Below, one piece after another: positions 16,927 through 26,410 of a stretch of DNA of 32,000 nucleotides. Made by a program: the position numbers and the translations under genes. Numbering within the stretch: position 1 is the stretch's first letter; each line of letters begins with the position of its first letter. This DNA comes from Candidatus Caldarchaeales archaeon (GTDB lineage Archaea > Thermoproteota > Nitrososphaeria_A > Caldarchaeales > Calditenuaceae): assembly GCA_032249095.1 (NCBI GenBank), contig JAVVGN010000003.1:11543-43542 (forward strand), written 5' to 3'. The notes under the pieces are model-generated. The model had not been told where the DNA came from. It worked only from the letters and a program-made list of their open reading frames with translations, and ran no database searches.

Positions 16927-17328
16927 TTAAATGTCTTCTTGCTGGTTATATTCTGACGCAATCTTTTCAATCTCGTCGGCAATATCTTCAATTGTCGTCG
17001 GCGCACTCTCGTCCATTAACTGCGGGAATGTGCTCCTAATTTGCTCTTCAATCTCCTCGGCGGAGACGCCGCTGAGGCGCAGGCGGGTAAGGTAAAGCCA
17101 GCTTCGCATGAATTCCATTGCGTGGTGAATTGAGCCCGCGCAGACTTTAATTCGGGGGTCATTGCTGCGGATAAGGACTTCCAGTGCTTTACCTCGAGTG
17201 TCGTCAATGTCAAAGACGAAGTAAACTTTCCTTTTGTTCTTGTCAATTTGGGTGCTCAGGAATTTTATCCCGAGCGCCATGAAAATAGCTGCCATAATGT
17301 CGTCTTTCGTGCGATATTTCTCACCCAT
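16927..17328 (-). CDS. small hypothetical protein
   Basis: ATG 17328 lies 5 nt after GGGTGA; the track ORF starts at TTG 17343. A promoter-like box sits 19 nt upstream. Confidence 0.5.
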   Translation of the reverse strand: MGEKYRTKDDIMAAIFMALGIKFLSTQIDKNKRKVYFVFDIDDTRGKALEVLIRSNDPRIKVCAGSIHHAMEFMRSWLYLTRLRLSGVSAEEIEEQIRSTFPQLMDESAPTTIEDIADEIEKIASEYNQQEDI

Positions 17329-17345
17329 ACCTTTCACCCGCAATT

Positions 17346-17354
17346 AAATTTTAG
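17346..17354 (-). promoter_or_regulatory. TAAAAT promoter-like box between the tape-measure-like gene and gene 16927..17328
   Basis: Plus-strand ATTTTA at 17348..17353 lies 19 nt from ATG 17328. Confidence 0.35.
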
Positions 17355-17363
17355 CAGTGGAAA

Positions 17364-20300
17364 TTATTGAGTGCCAGTAGTTGGCGGATTGCGGCGGGCA
17401 ATATCCTCAGGAGTGATAGGTGTAACTTCTATTACTTTAGGAATGACTTCATAAGTTCCGTCGGGCCTCTTAATCTGAATTTCGAGAGGAATTTTGTTGT
17501 TATCAAGCTGGAGCCTTAACCTTACTGGCACTTCCATCGCTTGTGGCGGAATTTCAAGCGCTGGCTGCCACGGGGCGACACCTTCGAAACCAGGTAAGGG
17601 AACGCGCTCACGCATTAATCCAGCCCTTCCACCCATAATGCCTTGCTGGAAAGCCTCGAAAATACGACGATCTAACTCTTGCCTCAATTGAAACCCCTGC
17701 CACGGGATTTCTACTCTTCTCCACGCTTCAAAAGGCGTCACAATAAACCGCAAGAAATCCCGCCGCAATTGCTCTCTTATATCCTGAACGCTGAATTCTT
17801 GTATAAGCGGTAGCATTCTCATAGGAGATAACAAAAACTGAGCTATGTCGCTTTCAGCCAAATAAGTTCTTGCTCCTAAATGGAATGGCCAAGCAAGCAA
17901 ATAAGCGGGGGTAATGGGAATCCCCATCATTCTAACCTCTGGAGCGAATGGCACTGGTCCTCCTTCCCGAGCCCACCGAGCCATTTCTCTCGGGGAGAAT
18001 GTCGGCATTTGGGAAATCCGAGCTAACTCTGAAAGCGGGATAGCAGGCAAAATTCCGCCAGCGGCTTGCCCGAGCAAGCCCATGATACGGTTAAACCATT
18101 GTTCCCACGTTTGAAAGATCGCTTGGAGCATGAGCGGGTGCTCACGATACTGCTGAGCCATCTGCTCCAATATCCTGAGATACTGCAGACCGATAGGAAT
18201 GATTTGGGTGAGAAGTTGAGGAATAAGCAACGCTTGGGCTCCAACCCTTTCGAGCGCTCTACTCATCATTTCGAAGCGATCGATATAAAGGTTGAGCGGC
18301 TGAAATGCCGCTTCGATCCCGCGACGGATAACTTCGATAGTCGCATCGAACCGCTCCACGAACCTGCGCCAGCCTTCCTGAAGCGTCCGGATATATTCTT
18401 CCATCCGCCCTGCTGCCAACGCCGCTGCTGCCCTCATCGCTAACCCTTGCAGCTCCCTATCGAAGGAGGCCAACACCTGAATTCCAGCTTGAAAGGTTCT
18501 CACTGTATCGCCAAACCGAGCAGATGTCTTCATTACCTCTTCGTGGAATTGGCGGAACGTGGAAGCGGTGTTCGCTATCTCCTCTCCACCTCTTCGCCAA
18601 GCCTCAATTACCTCTACCCACGCCTGCTGAAGCTGTCGTATAGCCTGAATAGTTAAATTGATTAGGGGGTAAGGCATCCCGAGTGCTTGCATAATTTGAG
18701 CGACTCGGACGGGCACCATCCTCAACGGGTCAAACTGCTCAGGCTCAATACCTATATCCACACCGGCACGCCTAAGTGACACAAGTTGCTGCCTCACCGT
18801 CGCTGTCACAAGACCCAAGAACTGGGCTGCCCGCTGCGCTTCGATCATTTGTGCTTCCACACGTGCTCTAGTAATGACCAAAAGCCTTTCGGAAATATTT
18901 GCTACATTCTCAAGATACCTACCAGCAGTCATAAGGTCTTCGAGACCCCAGCGCAGGCGCAGCCAAGTTTCGGTGATCTCGTATGCCTCGCGCAGCCCGC
19001 GAACCATTTCTTGCATCTGACGGTTAATATTTTCTAATTGCGTAACCAAGTTCCTGATTGCTTGAGCGAGCTGTTGATAATATTGGAGAAGGGTAGCATT
19101 GATAGTATACCCCGTTTGTGCCATTTGTCGGTTGAGGGTCGCTAAACTCGTCGCGAGTTGAACTATTCTGGCGTCTATTTCTCGCAAAGCGGCTTGAACT
19201 TGAACGCCCGCCCACTCTGCGAACCCCACAGGGATCGGCTGCAAAGTGGGAATTCTAAACTCTAATGCTTGCTCCAATGCAGGTCCGCCCGTCAGTATTC
19301 CTGCCTGTCGCAGTTGAGCCGCTGCTGTGGGCGTGAGGGCGGTAGCCTGCGTGAGCGCCCGAAAGACTTCTCGGAAGGGAGCCCATATAGCGCCTACCCC
19401 CGCTGGGGTAAAGAGGGCGCTTAGTTCTTGCATTGTTTGCTGAATTTTACGATAGTTCTCTGCCATTGCTCCTGCTTCTTGCGAGAGTGCTTCAAGGGCT
19501 CGTTTTGCAAGGAGGGCAGCCTGTTGGTTATCGTTCAAAGTTTGCTTCAAATCTTCTAAAGCCCGGTTGAAAGCGTTGAGCTGTTGTGCGGTATTCAACT
19601 GTTGGAAGAGGGAAATCAGGAAATTTCCTACCCCTCGCGCTACCGCTGACATCCCCGCCCACAACTCCTCTCCCGCCCTAATTATGCGCCCCACGATAGG
19701 TAACTGGCGAGCACGCTCCCACCTTTCTCTCAGCCAGTTGAGGAACCCTTCAATTTTCTCACGAATTATGTTGATAACCTGCAAAAATCGATCTACTATG
19801 AGGTTGTAGAAAAAATCGAAAATACGCCCTATTTCAGCAATGAGGTTGAGGAAGAGACCGATAACTTTTAGGATAATCCCCAAAGCATGAGCGAGGAGCC
19901 CAAATATAGCGACAAGACCAGGGCCTAGAACCCTAACGATCCCGCTAAGCGTCTCGACCAGCCCGTTGAGGAATGTTGCGAACCCAGCGAACCCAGCCAA
20001 TGTGCGGGGGCTCGTCAGGAAATCCACTATCGCTTTCAAACCAACGCCCAAAGCTTCGCCCAACGCTGCGCCTATGTAAGATAATGCCGCTCTAATGGAA
20101 GCAGCCCGCTCGTTAATAAGGTTCACTATATCTACAAAGAAAGGCTCGAAGAAACCTACAAATGCCGCAGCGAAGTTCCCAATACCAGCAGCAATTGTTT
20201 GAAGAGCTTCCTCAACTCTAGTTGACTGTATAATGCGGGCAAATAATTGAAGGGGGGCTGCTAACCGTTCCAATATTTCCCGCCCTGCTTCTTCGTATAG

Positions 20301-21824
20301 TGTCTGCAGCCGACCGACAATTTGATTGTATGCATAAATAGCTTGCCCCGCTCTTGTCGTCTGCTGGCTCAAATAATCAATTTGCATTTGAAGGACGCTC
20401 ATTGCCGTGGCTGCCCGTGCAGCGGTCTCGCCCATACCCGCAACTCCATATTGGAGCATTGCTATAGCTTCTGCCGTCCCTGTAGGCAAACCGAGGCCGC
20501 CCGCTTCCCGAATTCTTCCTTCCAAAGCAGCCCTTAACACCTCAGCTTGCTGACCTGCTCTCACTCCCAACCGTCCGATCTCGCCAAGCATTTGAGCCCA
20601 TGCCTCTAAGGAGACACGGCCTTGCGCCGCCATTATGCTGATATCGCCGAGAGCAGTTCTAAGCGATTGAGCGAGCTCGTCCAAAGTTGTGCCAAATTGT
20701 GAGAACATGTTCACAAAGCGGCTCCATGCCTGCTCGCCCGCTGCTGCCCCTTCCATAAATTGAGAGAATGCGAGGCGCCAGCGCTCCCATATTGACATTA
20801 CTTGTGTCCCGCGCTCAATGGTCTGAATGATGTTGTTCAAGATACCTACAAGAGTTCCTAAGATAGACAAGAGCATTTGCAGTGACTGGGCGAAGATAAT
20901 GACCGCTGCAACTACTACCGCCAAGACAGTAGCGAGAGGTCCTAATGCAGCAGCAAACCGTCCTATCGAAGTAGTTATCTGTCCTAATTGAGGAAGAAGT
21001 TGGGTAGGTATCCCCACCCCACCCAAGATTTGTGTTGGGAGCCCGGAAGGCAATTGCATTGTTTGGCCAGGACCTGGCATTGGAAGTCGTTGAGTTACAG
21101 CCGGTGGTAAGGGGCGAGTTGCACCTGGTGGCTGTGGTGCCGGCTGTTGTGGTGCCGGCCGCTGTGGAGCGGGGAAGCCAAACCCAAAGCCCGCTACGGG
21201 CGGGAGAGGGGGCGGGCCGAAAGGAAACCTCAGCTGAAGGCTCTCTAAGGCTGAAGAGGCTTTTTGAAAACTATCTATAATCCCTACAATGTTGCTCGGG
21301 ATAGCACCGAGAGCTTTACTTACGGACGAAGCTTCCCGAGCAAAGCTGGCTAAGCCTTCACCGAGGGCACCCAAAGTGGGTGAAGTCGTATATACGATAT
21401 TTCCCAAGGTTTTTGTCATATTCCCCAGCATTTCGCCGAATTCTAAGCCAGCGCGGTGGAGGTCAGTGAAAGTCTTAATCAAGTTTTCAATAATTTCCCG
21501 CTCCCTACTCTCTAATTCCTTACGCCGTCGCAAGTATTCCTCGTAATTTCTGATCATTTTATCCAAATCAATACCGTCGGCGCCTGCTCCATCTGCCCCA
21601 CCAGCGCCTGCTCCGCCAGCGCCTGCTCCACCTGCCCCACCAGCACCTCCTCCCACGCCTCCACCGAGCAATGTATTTATAATGTCAAATATGTCCCCTA
21701 TATCAGCCTGCTGAAACTCCCATTCAATATCGAAATCCTCCACTTCACCTATTTGGGGTAAAATATGCTTCATTTTGACCTTCGGCGGGTTTTGGTAGAA
21801 AAGGCTATCGGTCAGAGTGAACAT
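17364..21824 (-). CDS. tape-measure-like protein (1486 aa)
   Basis: Very long, mostly alpha-helical Ala/Leu/Gln/Arg-rich protein with central hydrophobic segments (LGPLATVLAVVVAAVIIFAQ, GLVAIFGLLAHALGIILKVIGLF). It also has Gly/Ala and Pro-rich tracts near the N-terminus. ATG 21824 lies 5 nt after GGTGAG. Confidence 0.6.
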   Translation of the reverse strand: MFTLTDSLFYQNPPKVKMKHILPQIGEVEDFDIEWEFQQADIGDIFDIINTLLGGGVGGGAGGAGGAGAGGAGAGGADGAGADGIDLDKMIRNYEEYLRRRKELESREREIIENLIKTFTDLHRAGLEFGEMLGNMTKTLGNIVYTTSPTLGALGEGLASFAREASSVSKALGAIPSNIVGIIDSFQKASSALESLQLRFPFGPPPLPPVAGFGFGFPAPQRPAPQQPAPQPPGATRPLPPAVTQRLPMPGPGQTMQLPSGLPTQILGGVGIPTQLLPQLGQITTSIGRFAAALGPLATVLAVVVAAVIIFAQSLQMLLSILGTLVGILNNIIQTIERGTQVMSIWERWRLAFSQFMEGAAAGEQAWSRFVNMFSQFGTTLDELAQSLRTALGDISIMAAQGRVSLEAWAQMLGEIGRLGVRAGQQAEVLRAALEGRIREAGGLGLPTGTAEAIAMLQYGVAGMGETAARAATAMSVLQMQIDYLSQQTTRAGQAIYAYNQIVGRLQTLYEEAGREILERLAAPLQLFARIIQSTRVEEALQTIAAGIGNFAAAFVGFFEPFFVDIVNLINERAASIRAALSYIGAALGEALGVGLKAIVDFLTSPRTLAGFAGFATFLNGLVETLSGIVRVLGPGLVAIFGLLAHALGIILKVIGLFLNLIAEIGRIFDFFYNLIVDRFLQVINIIREKIEGFLNWLRERWERARQLPIVGRIIRAGEELWAGMSAVARGVGNFLISLFQQLNTAQQLNAFNRALEDLKQTLNDNQQAALLAKRALEALSQEAGAMAENYRKIQQTMQELSALFTPAGVGAIWAPFREVFRALTQATALTPTAAAQLRQAGILTGGPALEQALEFRIPTLQPIPVGFAEWAGVQVQAALREIDARIVQLATSLATLNRQMAQTGYTINATLLQYYQQLAQAIRNLVTQLENINRQMQEMVRGLREAYEITETWLRLRWGLEDLMTAGRYLENVANISERLLVITRARVEAQMIEAQRAAQFLGLVTATVRQQLVSLRRAGVDIGIEPEQFDPLRMVPVRVAQIMQALGMPYPLINLTIQAIRQLQQAWVEVIEAWRRGGEEIANTASTFRQFHEEVMKTSARFGDTVRTFQAGIQVLASFDRELQGLAMRAAAALAAGRMEEYIRTLQEGWRRFVERFDATIEVIRRGIEAAFQPLNLYIDRFEMMSRALERVGAQALLIPQLLTQIIPIGLQYLRILEQMAQQYREHPLMLQAIFQTWEQWFNRIMGLLGQAAGGILPAIPLSELARISQMPTFSPREMARWAREGGPVPFAPEVRMMGIPITPAYLLAWPFHLGARTYLAESDIAQFLLSPMRMLPLIQEFSVQDIREQLRRDFLRFIVTPFEAWRRVEIPWQGFQLRQELDRRIFEAFQQGIMGGRAGLMRERVPLPGFEGVAPWQPALEIPPQAMEVPVRLRLQLDNNKIPLEIQIKRPDGTYEVIPKVIEVTPITPEDIARRNPPTTGTQ

Positions 21825-21845
21825 CCGCACTCACCAAGAGAGATT

Positions 21846-22499
21846 TTAAGAACGCCGCTTCATTCGCTGCTGAAGACTATTGTAGGCGTTTCTGAGGAAC
21901 TGCTCTGCCCGCTGACGGTCTTCCTCAGTGGGGATATAAGGAATAAGCACAAAGAAGCGGTTAAGGATTGCGGTGAGAAAGGCATAGATCCAGCCCAACA
22001 CCCAGTTGGCGAGACCGAAGATAGGTGCAAGGATAAGGGCGCCGAGAAGGATAAAGGCGAAGCCCCAAGTGAAGCCGAAAATCAAGAAACCTACAATAGA
22101 GAACCACCACCAACCTAAGGCGAAGCTAAGGAAAATCCCCCGCAAGTATCTCCTGTTCTCCCATGCTCTCTTCCAAGCCATAATGAGCGTCCAATCTTTG
22201 TTGAAAGAATGGAAACGATTTCCTAAGAACTCAAGGAATAAGAGAAAGGCAAGTCCAAATAGAATGCCGCCCATAAATGGGCCGAGAAGACTTCCGAAAA
22301 GAAGGAGGAACGGGTCGCCCGTAGCCGCCAAGAAGGAAACAAGGAAAAGGTTCAGAATGATAGTTATCCCCGCAGCCTTAGCCACGAGGTATATGTCGTT
22401 CACTGCTCGCTCGCGTGGCGGTGGGGGCAGCTGGGCACCGCAACGGTGACAGTATCTTGCATTGTCCCTGACTTGTCGGTGGCATTTTGGGCATACCAT
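21846..22499 (-). CDS. N-terminal zinc-ribbon (CPKC...CHRC) polytopic membrane protein
   Basis: ATG 22499 (MVCPKCHRQVRDNARYCHRCGAQL) lies 8 nt after AAGGTGA and is followed by about 5-6 hydrophobic helices. The track ORF extends to 22643, and ATG 22541 is another alternative start. Confidence 0.55.
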   Translation of the reverse strand: MVCPKCHRQVRDNARYCHRCGAQLPPPPRERAVNDIYLVAKAAGITIILNLFLVSFLAATGDPFLLLFGSLLGPFMGGILFGLAFLLFLEFLGNRFHSFNKDWTLIMAWKRAWENRRYLRGIFLSFALGWWWFSIVGFLIFGFTWGFAFILLGALILAPIFGLANWVLGWIYAFLTAILNRFFVLIPYIPTEEDRQRAEQFLRNAYNSLQQRMKRRS

Positions 22500-22537
22500 G
22501 TTTACCTTCACCTTCCAGATATATTTTACCCGCAATT

Positions 22538-23464
22538 TCATGAGACGAGCCAATTTATAAAGGAAAAAGCGATATTTAACCCTGCCGCTCCTGTCGAGAA
22601 GTCCTGTGTCCATGAGTTGATTTTGAAGCCAAGCAATGTCCAAGTCATTAAGTCCCTAACGTAAATATTCACTTCTTGTAGGGGCTGCAGAGAGGCATCT
22701 TGGAGAAGGGAAAAGTTGAAGGGGTAGCCTAAAGTTAAGTTCCCTCGTGGCGTGACTGCCGAAACAGCGAACATTGTGGCTGCGCGCTTTGCGCCGAGCG
22801 AGTGGCGGGAAGTATCGATAGTCGTCCACGCCCAGGTAATTTGCCGCCGAGCGCTGAGATTGAGACTCATGATTTCCTTTTCGGATTGCTGCGCCCCTAT
22901 CTTCGCCGTAATTCTCAAATCTCTAATGAGTATCCCCCGCTCGTTGGCTGCGGCGGGGTAAATGACGTTTAGAGCGGGCTCATTATCTTGGAAAACATGG
23001 GAAAACGGCGAGGAAAAGGTCAGCGAAATTGTGGCATACCCATTGTTCGGAATTTGCACGTTGACTTCAGTCAGCACTGCAATGCGGGAAATAAAATGGG
23101 TATATTCTTGTCCGTCAGGCGACCGCGCGATCGCCCAGATTGCGACTGGGTAAGAAAGGAGAAGGTAATTTAAAGCAAATGTGAGGAACGATTTGGCTTT
23201 GGTGTTAAGAAAGAGTGGAAACTGAAATGTCCACTGGTGAGGGTTAAGAGCGGCGTCGCCAAGCGAAGCGAGGCTGTAATAACCTAATGCCTGTAAAGCA
23301 TTGACCGCTGAGGGGATTTCGAACCGAACCGACGCTGGCGGGTAATAATCGAGTAAGGTGACCCCCGCAGGCAACTCATCGCTGACCTCTAAATCGGGAA
23401 TATCCCTATCTCGGTAGGTTGCTATCCCGACAAAAGTATCTCTCGGAAACAAGTAGAAAATCAT
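22538..23464 (-). CDS. beta-rich hypothetical protein; possible tail tube protein, by position only
   Basis: 308-aa ORF. It is the first gene of the unit that contains the tape-measure-like gene. ATG 23464 lies 5 nt after GGTGAG. I recognised no family motif. Confidence 0.45.
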   Translation of the reverse strand: MIFYLFPRDTFVGIATYRDRDIPDLEVSDELPAGVTLLDYYPPASVRFEIPSAVNALQALGYYSLASLGDAALNPHQWTFQFPLFLNTKAKSFLTFALNYLLLSYPVAIWAIARSPDGQEYTHFISRIAVLTEVNVQIPNNGYATISLTFSSPFSHVFQDNEPALNVIYPAAANERGILIRDLRITAKIGAQQSEKEIMSLNLSARRQITWAWTTIDTSRHSLGAKRAATMFAVSAVTPRGNLTLGYPFNFSLLQDASLQPLQEVNIYVRDLMTWTLLGFKINSWTQDFSTGAAGLNIAFSFINWLVS

Positions 23465-23482
23465 TTTCTCTCACCCATGTGA

Positions 23483-23502
23483 ATTTTAACCTGCGTTAAA
23501 AT
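23483..23502. promoter_or_regulatory. inverted pair of TAAAAT boxes in a 57-nt divergent intergenic region
   Basis: ATTTTAAC (23483..23490), then ctgc, then GTTAAAAT (23495..23502). The bottom-strand box lies 18 nt from ATG 23464 and the top-strand box 19 nt from ATG 23522. Confidence 0.45.
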
Positions 23503-23521
23503 CTTCTCCCGGGTGTTTGGA

Positions 23522-24010
23522 ATGGCGAAAAAGACCAGCTCAAAGCGTCCTGTTGACGCAAGCAAGTTAAGTATTTGGAAAGCATTTGTGGCGAGCGGCG
23601 GGCGGGTCGCCGAAGTCGCCGCCCAATATGGTCTTACCCCCGCCGACGTCGAGAAAATAGTGCGGGAAGTCGAAGATTCCTTTCACGCCCCGCTGAATGA
23701 CCCCAAGACTTTGCTCAAACAGTTTTCCCTGCTCAACGAAGCCGCTGCCGAAGCGGAGTTTATCCTTTACGACATTATCCAATACTTCTATCAAAACTGG
23801 AAGAAGAGCGGGGACGAGCCCCCTCCCAGCCTTGCTGAGGCTGTCTACAAGTGGCACAGTCTTCTTATGGAGCGGATGAAGTTGCATGCCCGCCTAATCA
23901 AGGACATGCAAAAGAGCCTTGCTGCTACGCAGGAGGAGGAAGAAGAGAAGGAAATGCTGCGACGCCTTCTCGGAGGTGAAGAAGAGGAAAATGAAGAATG
24001 GGCTGAATAA
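23522..24010 (+). CDS. helix-turn-helix protein with an acidic tail; regulator or small-terminase-like, unresolved
   Basis: GGRVAEVAAQYGLTPADVEKIVREV looks like an HTH. The C-terminus is EEEEEKE...EEEENEEW. GTG 23513 is an alternative start. Confidence 0.5.
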   Translation: MAKKTSSKRPVDASKLSIWKAFVASGGRVAEVAAQYGLTPADVEKIVREVEDSFHAPLNDPKTLLKQFSLLNEAAAEAEFILYDIIQYFYQNWKKSGDEPPPSLAEAVYKWHSLLMERMKLHARLIKDMQKSLAATQEEEEEKEMLRRLLGGEEEENEEWAE

Positions 24011-25202
24011 ACTAAGTGAATTCTTCAATGAAGAGGAAAAGAAACACTGGGAAAGGATACTGAAGCGGCTGAGCGAGAATCCTGCCTTCAGCCGCCTCGT
24101 CGATTATGTGGCTGGCAGAACTGCCAAGCTGGACGAGCGGGATTTTGAGGCGCTGGCAGACGAACTTGAGCCGCTGCTCGATAAATTCGTCCCTATTCCT
24201 TTCGGCTCAAGAATTCTCAACCCCAACCTCGTATCTGACTTATTGGGCAAGTATGTCATAGACATTACCGAAACAAACCTCGACGAGTTCTACCGCATAG
24301 GGGCGAAAGTTCAGGAAATGATTAAGACCGGAAGGACTTGGCTGGCGCTCCCGCAGGAAATCTTCGAAGAAACTGATTTCGAGAATATCATTAAGCTTCT
24401 CGGCGCTACCGTCCTTCACTTGCCGAAACTGTTGAACCTCACGCTCGGGCTTCTGGGGCAGCATATGACCTCAATCTTGCGCGGTGCTTCAGAAAACGAA
24501 AAGTTCGCCAAAATCCTCTTCCGACACGGAATTTTGGACATCAACGAGGACGGCTCATTCACCGTCCACTTTGACAGGTTCATTATCGCGCTGGGCGAAC
24601 CCGCTTTTATCGAGGAAGCCTCCGAGTTTATGCTCTCATATCTGCCAATGGAAGTATTCTATGGGCCTCAGTCAGTTATGAGCATTGCTTTGAGCCGCTC
24701 TATCGCCAACGGGCTTTTCGCAGCAGCCGTCGCAGCAAAACAATCCAACCAACAAGAAAGATTTGTCAATTTTGTTATCAAGTGCCGAGAGAAACTGGAA
24801 AAAGTTCACGACCAAATGACTTCCCTTCAACCTGACTGGGAGGCTATAGTGTCTTACCTTAACCAAATCTTTGACGGTATTGAGCAATTTACGGAGAGCG
24901 TCGAGAGAGAGTTCGCCCCGCTTTACCGAATTACCCACCAAGCGGGCGAGGTTGGGCTCTACCCCGATATTGTCCTTGAAGCAGCAGGGTTGGCTACCCG
25001 CAGTTTCACCTCTTCCGATTGGGAATGGCTGGAAAGGACACAAGAAATTGCTATTAGGGTCGCCGCCCAAGCCAAGCCGCTTTACCGCCAGCCTATCTAT
25101 TGGCTCGCTCTAACTTGCCTGCGCATTTTTACCGCCCCTGCCAAAATGGCTGAAAAAATCGAAAGTATAATCTCCCAATTTTCAGCGGGTAAAGTGTTTT
25201 AG
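23991..25202 (+). CDS. hypothetical protein (403 aa)
   Basis: ATG 23991 overlaps the upstream gene by 20 nt, with GGAGGTGA 11 nt upstream. No Walker A motif is seen, so I do not call it a large terminase. Confidence 0.5.
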   Translation: MKNGLNKLSEFFNEEEKKHWERILKRLSENPAFSRLVDYVAGRTAKLDERDFEALADELEPLLDKFVPIPFGSRILNPNLVSDLLGKYVIDITETNLDEFYRIGAKVQEMIKTGRTWLALPQEIFEETDFENIIKLLGATVLHLPKLLNLTLGLLGQHMTSILRGASENEKFAKILFRHGILDINEDGSFTVHFDRFIIALGEPAFIEEASEFMLSYLPMEVFYGPQSVMSIALSRSIANGLFAAAVAAKQSNQQERFVNFVIKCREKLEKVHDQMTSLQPDWEAIVSYLNQIFDGIEQFTESVEREFAPLYRITHQAGEVGLYPDIVLEAAGLATRSFTSSDWEWLERTQEIAIRVAAQAKPLYRQPIYWLALTCLRIFTAPAKMAEKIESIISQFSAGKVF

Positions 25203-25215
25203 GAGGTGCATTGTA

Positions 25216-25584
25216 GTGATTCGCTTTGCTTTAACTTACCTTGTGGATTTGAAAGAGCCTTACCTTCGCCTTAGGCGAGCAATTCCCGTTTCCATTGGTT
25301 ACGAGGAAGACGACATAATAGCAGCCTATAACGAAGAACTTGGCATTTATGTGTGCGGCAGGACAATTGAAGAAGCTCTGGAAGAATTTAGAAAGGCAGT
25401 AGTGAGCGATTATGAGGTTTATGCCCGCAGCGACCCGCAGACTTTGACGGAAGGAGCTATGAAGCTTGCGGAAATGCTGCGGGAGTTAATCGAAGAAATC
25501 CCGCCGACTTCCCTCAGCGCTAACTCGGGAAAATTCTTCCTTTGGAAGGAGGGCTTCGGGGTTGATACGGTTACTTTCGGATAA
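25216..25584 (+). CDS. HicB-like / UPF0150-type small protein (tentative)
   Basis: GTG 25216 lies 7 nt after AGGAGGTG. IIAAYNEELGIYVCGRTIEEALEEFRKAV resembles the N-terminal HicB-fold pattern. Confidence 0.4.
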   Translation: MIRFALTYLVDLKEPYLRLRRAIPVSIGYEEDDIIAAYNEELGIYVCGRTIEEALEEFRKAVVSDYEVYARSDPQTLTEGAMKLAEMLRELIEEIPPTSLSANSGKFFLWKEGFGVDTVTFG

Positions 25585-26410
25585 TCCCGAAAAAACAACC
25601 TACACTCCAGACGAAATCGAGAACGCTCTCATTTGGGGAGACGCTTTCCAAGTTTTGCCGAAATTTCCCTCTGAATTGGCTGACATGATTTTTATCGACC
25701 CGCCTTACTTTGTCCATCGCTCCAAGTATCCTATCCGACGCTGGGGCGAGAAGACAACCCTTTATATTTGGGACGAGGAGTGGGACGAATTTGAGGATTT
25801 TGAGCATTACGACGGGTTCATTACCGCCCTACTCGCTGAGTGCATGCGCATAATGAAGCCTAACGCCACGATTTGGGTAATGGGCTCGTTCCAAAATATC
25901 TGTCGGGTCGGTAGGATAATGCAAGACTTAGGTTTTTGGTTCCTCACCATTTTCGTGTGGGAAAAAACGAACCCCACACCGAATTTTCTTTACCGCCGAC
26001 CGTCCAATGCGACGGAGTTCCTTATTTGGGCGGTAAAGGATAAATCGGTGAAAGATTATGTTTACAACTACGAGTATGCCAAACTTTCCGTTCCGCCCCG
26101 CTTCAAAATTCCGGTCAATATTTGGGAGTTTCCGATTTGCAACAGCAATGTAAGCGAGCGCCTAAAGGACGAAGAAGGTAAGCCGCTCCACCCGACCCAG
26201 AAGCCCGAGGCGCTCCTCGAGCGAGTTATCTTGATTTCGACAAGGGAAGGCGACTTAATCTTAGACCCCATGTGCGGGACGGGAACGACAGGAGCTGTCG
26301 CTCTACGGCACAACCGTCGCTTCGTAATGGTCGAGAAGGAGAAAAAGTATGTGGACGCTGCCTACGAAAGGCTCAAGAACTCCCTGCCGCAGCCGTCAAT
26401 CTTTGATTGA
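25562..26410 (+). CDS. beta-class DNA methyltransferase (N6-adenine or N4-cytosine)
   Basis: Motif IV FIDPPY comes first, then HPTQKPEALLERVI and motif I LDPMCGTGTTGAVA. This circular order is typical of the beta class. The TTG start overlaps the upstream gene by 23 nt. Confidence 0.8.
   Translation: MIRLLSDNPEKTTYTPDEIENALIWGDAFQVLPKFPSELADMIFIDPPYFVHRSKYPIRRWGEKTTLYIWDEEWDEFEDFEHYDGFITALLAECMRIMKPNATIWVMGSFQNICRVGRIMQDLGFWFLTIFVWEKTNPTPNFLYRRPSNATEFLIWAVKDKSVKDYVYNYEYAKLSVPPRFKIPVNIWEFPICNSNVSERLKDEEGKPLHPTQKPEALLERVILISTREGDLILDPMCGTGTTGAVALRHNRRFVMVEKEKKYVDAAYERLKNSLPQPSIFD

Noticed and set aside
23991-25202. Calling the gene after the HTH protein a large terminase subunit because of its position.
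   Set aside because: No Walker A/B ATPase or nuclease motifs are recognisable by eye. Position alone is insufficient, so it is left as hypothetical.
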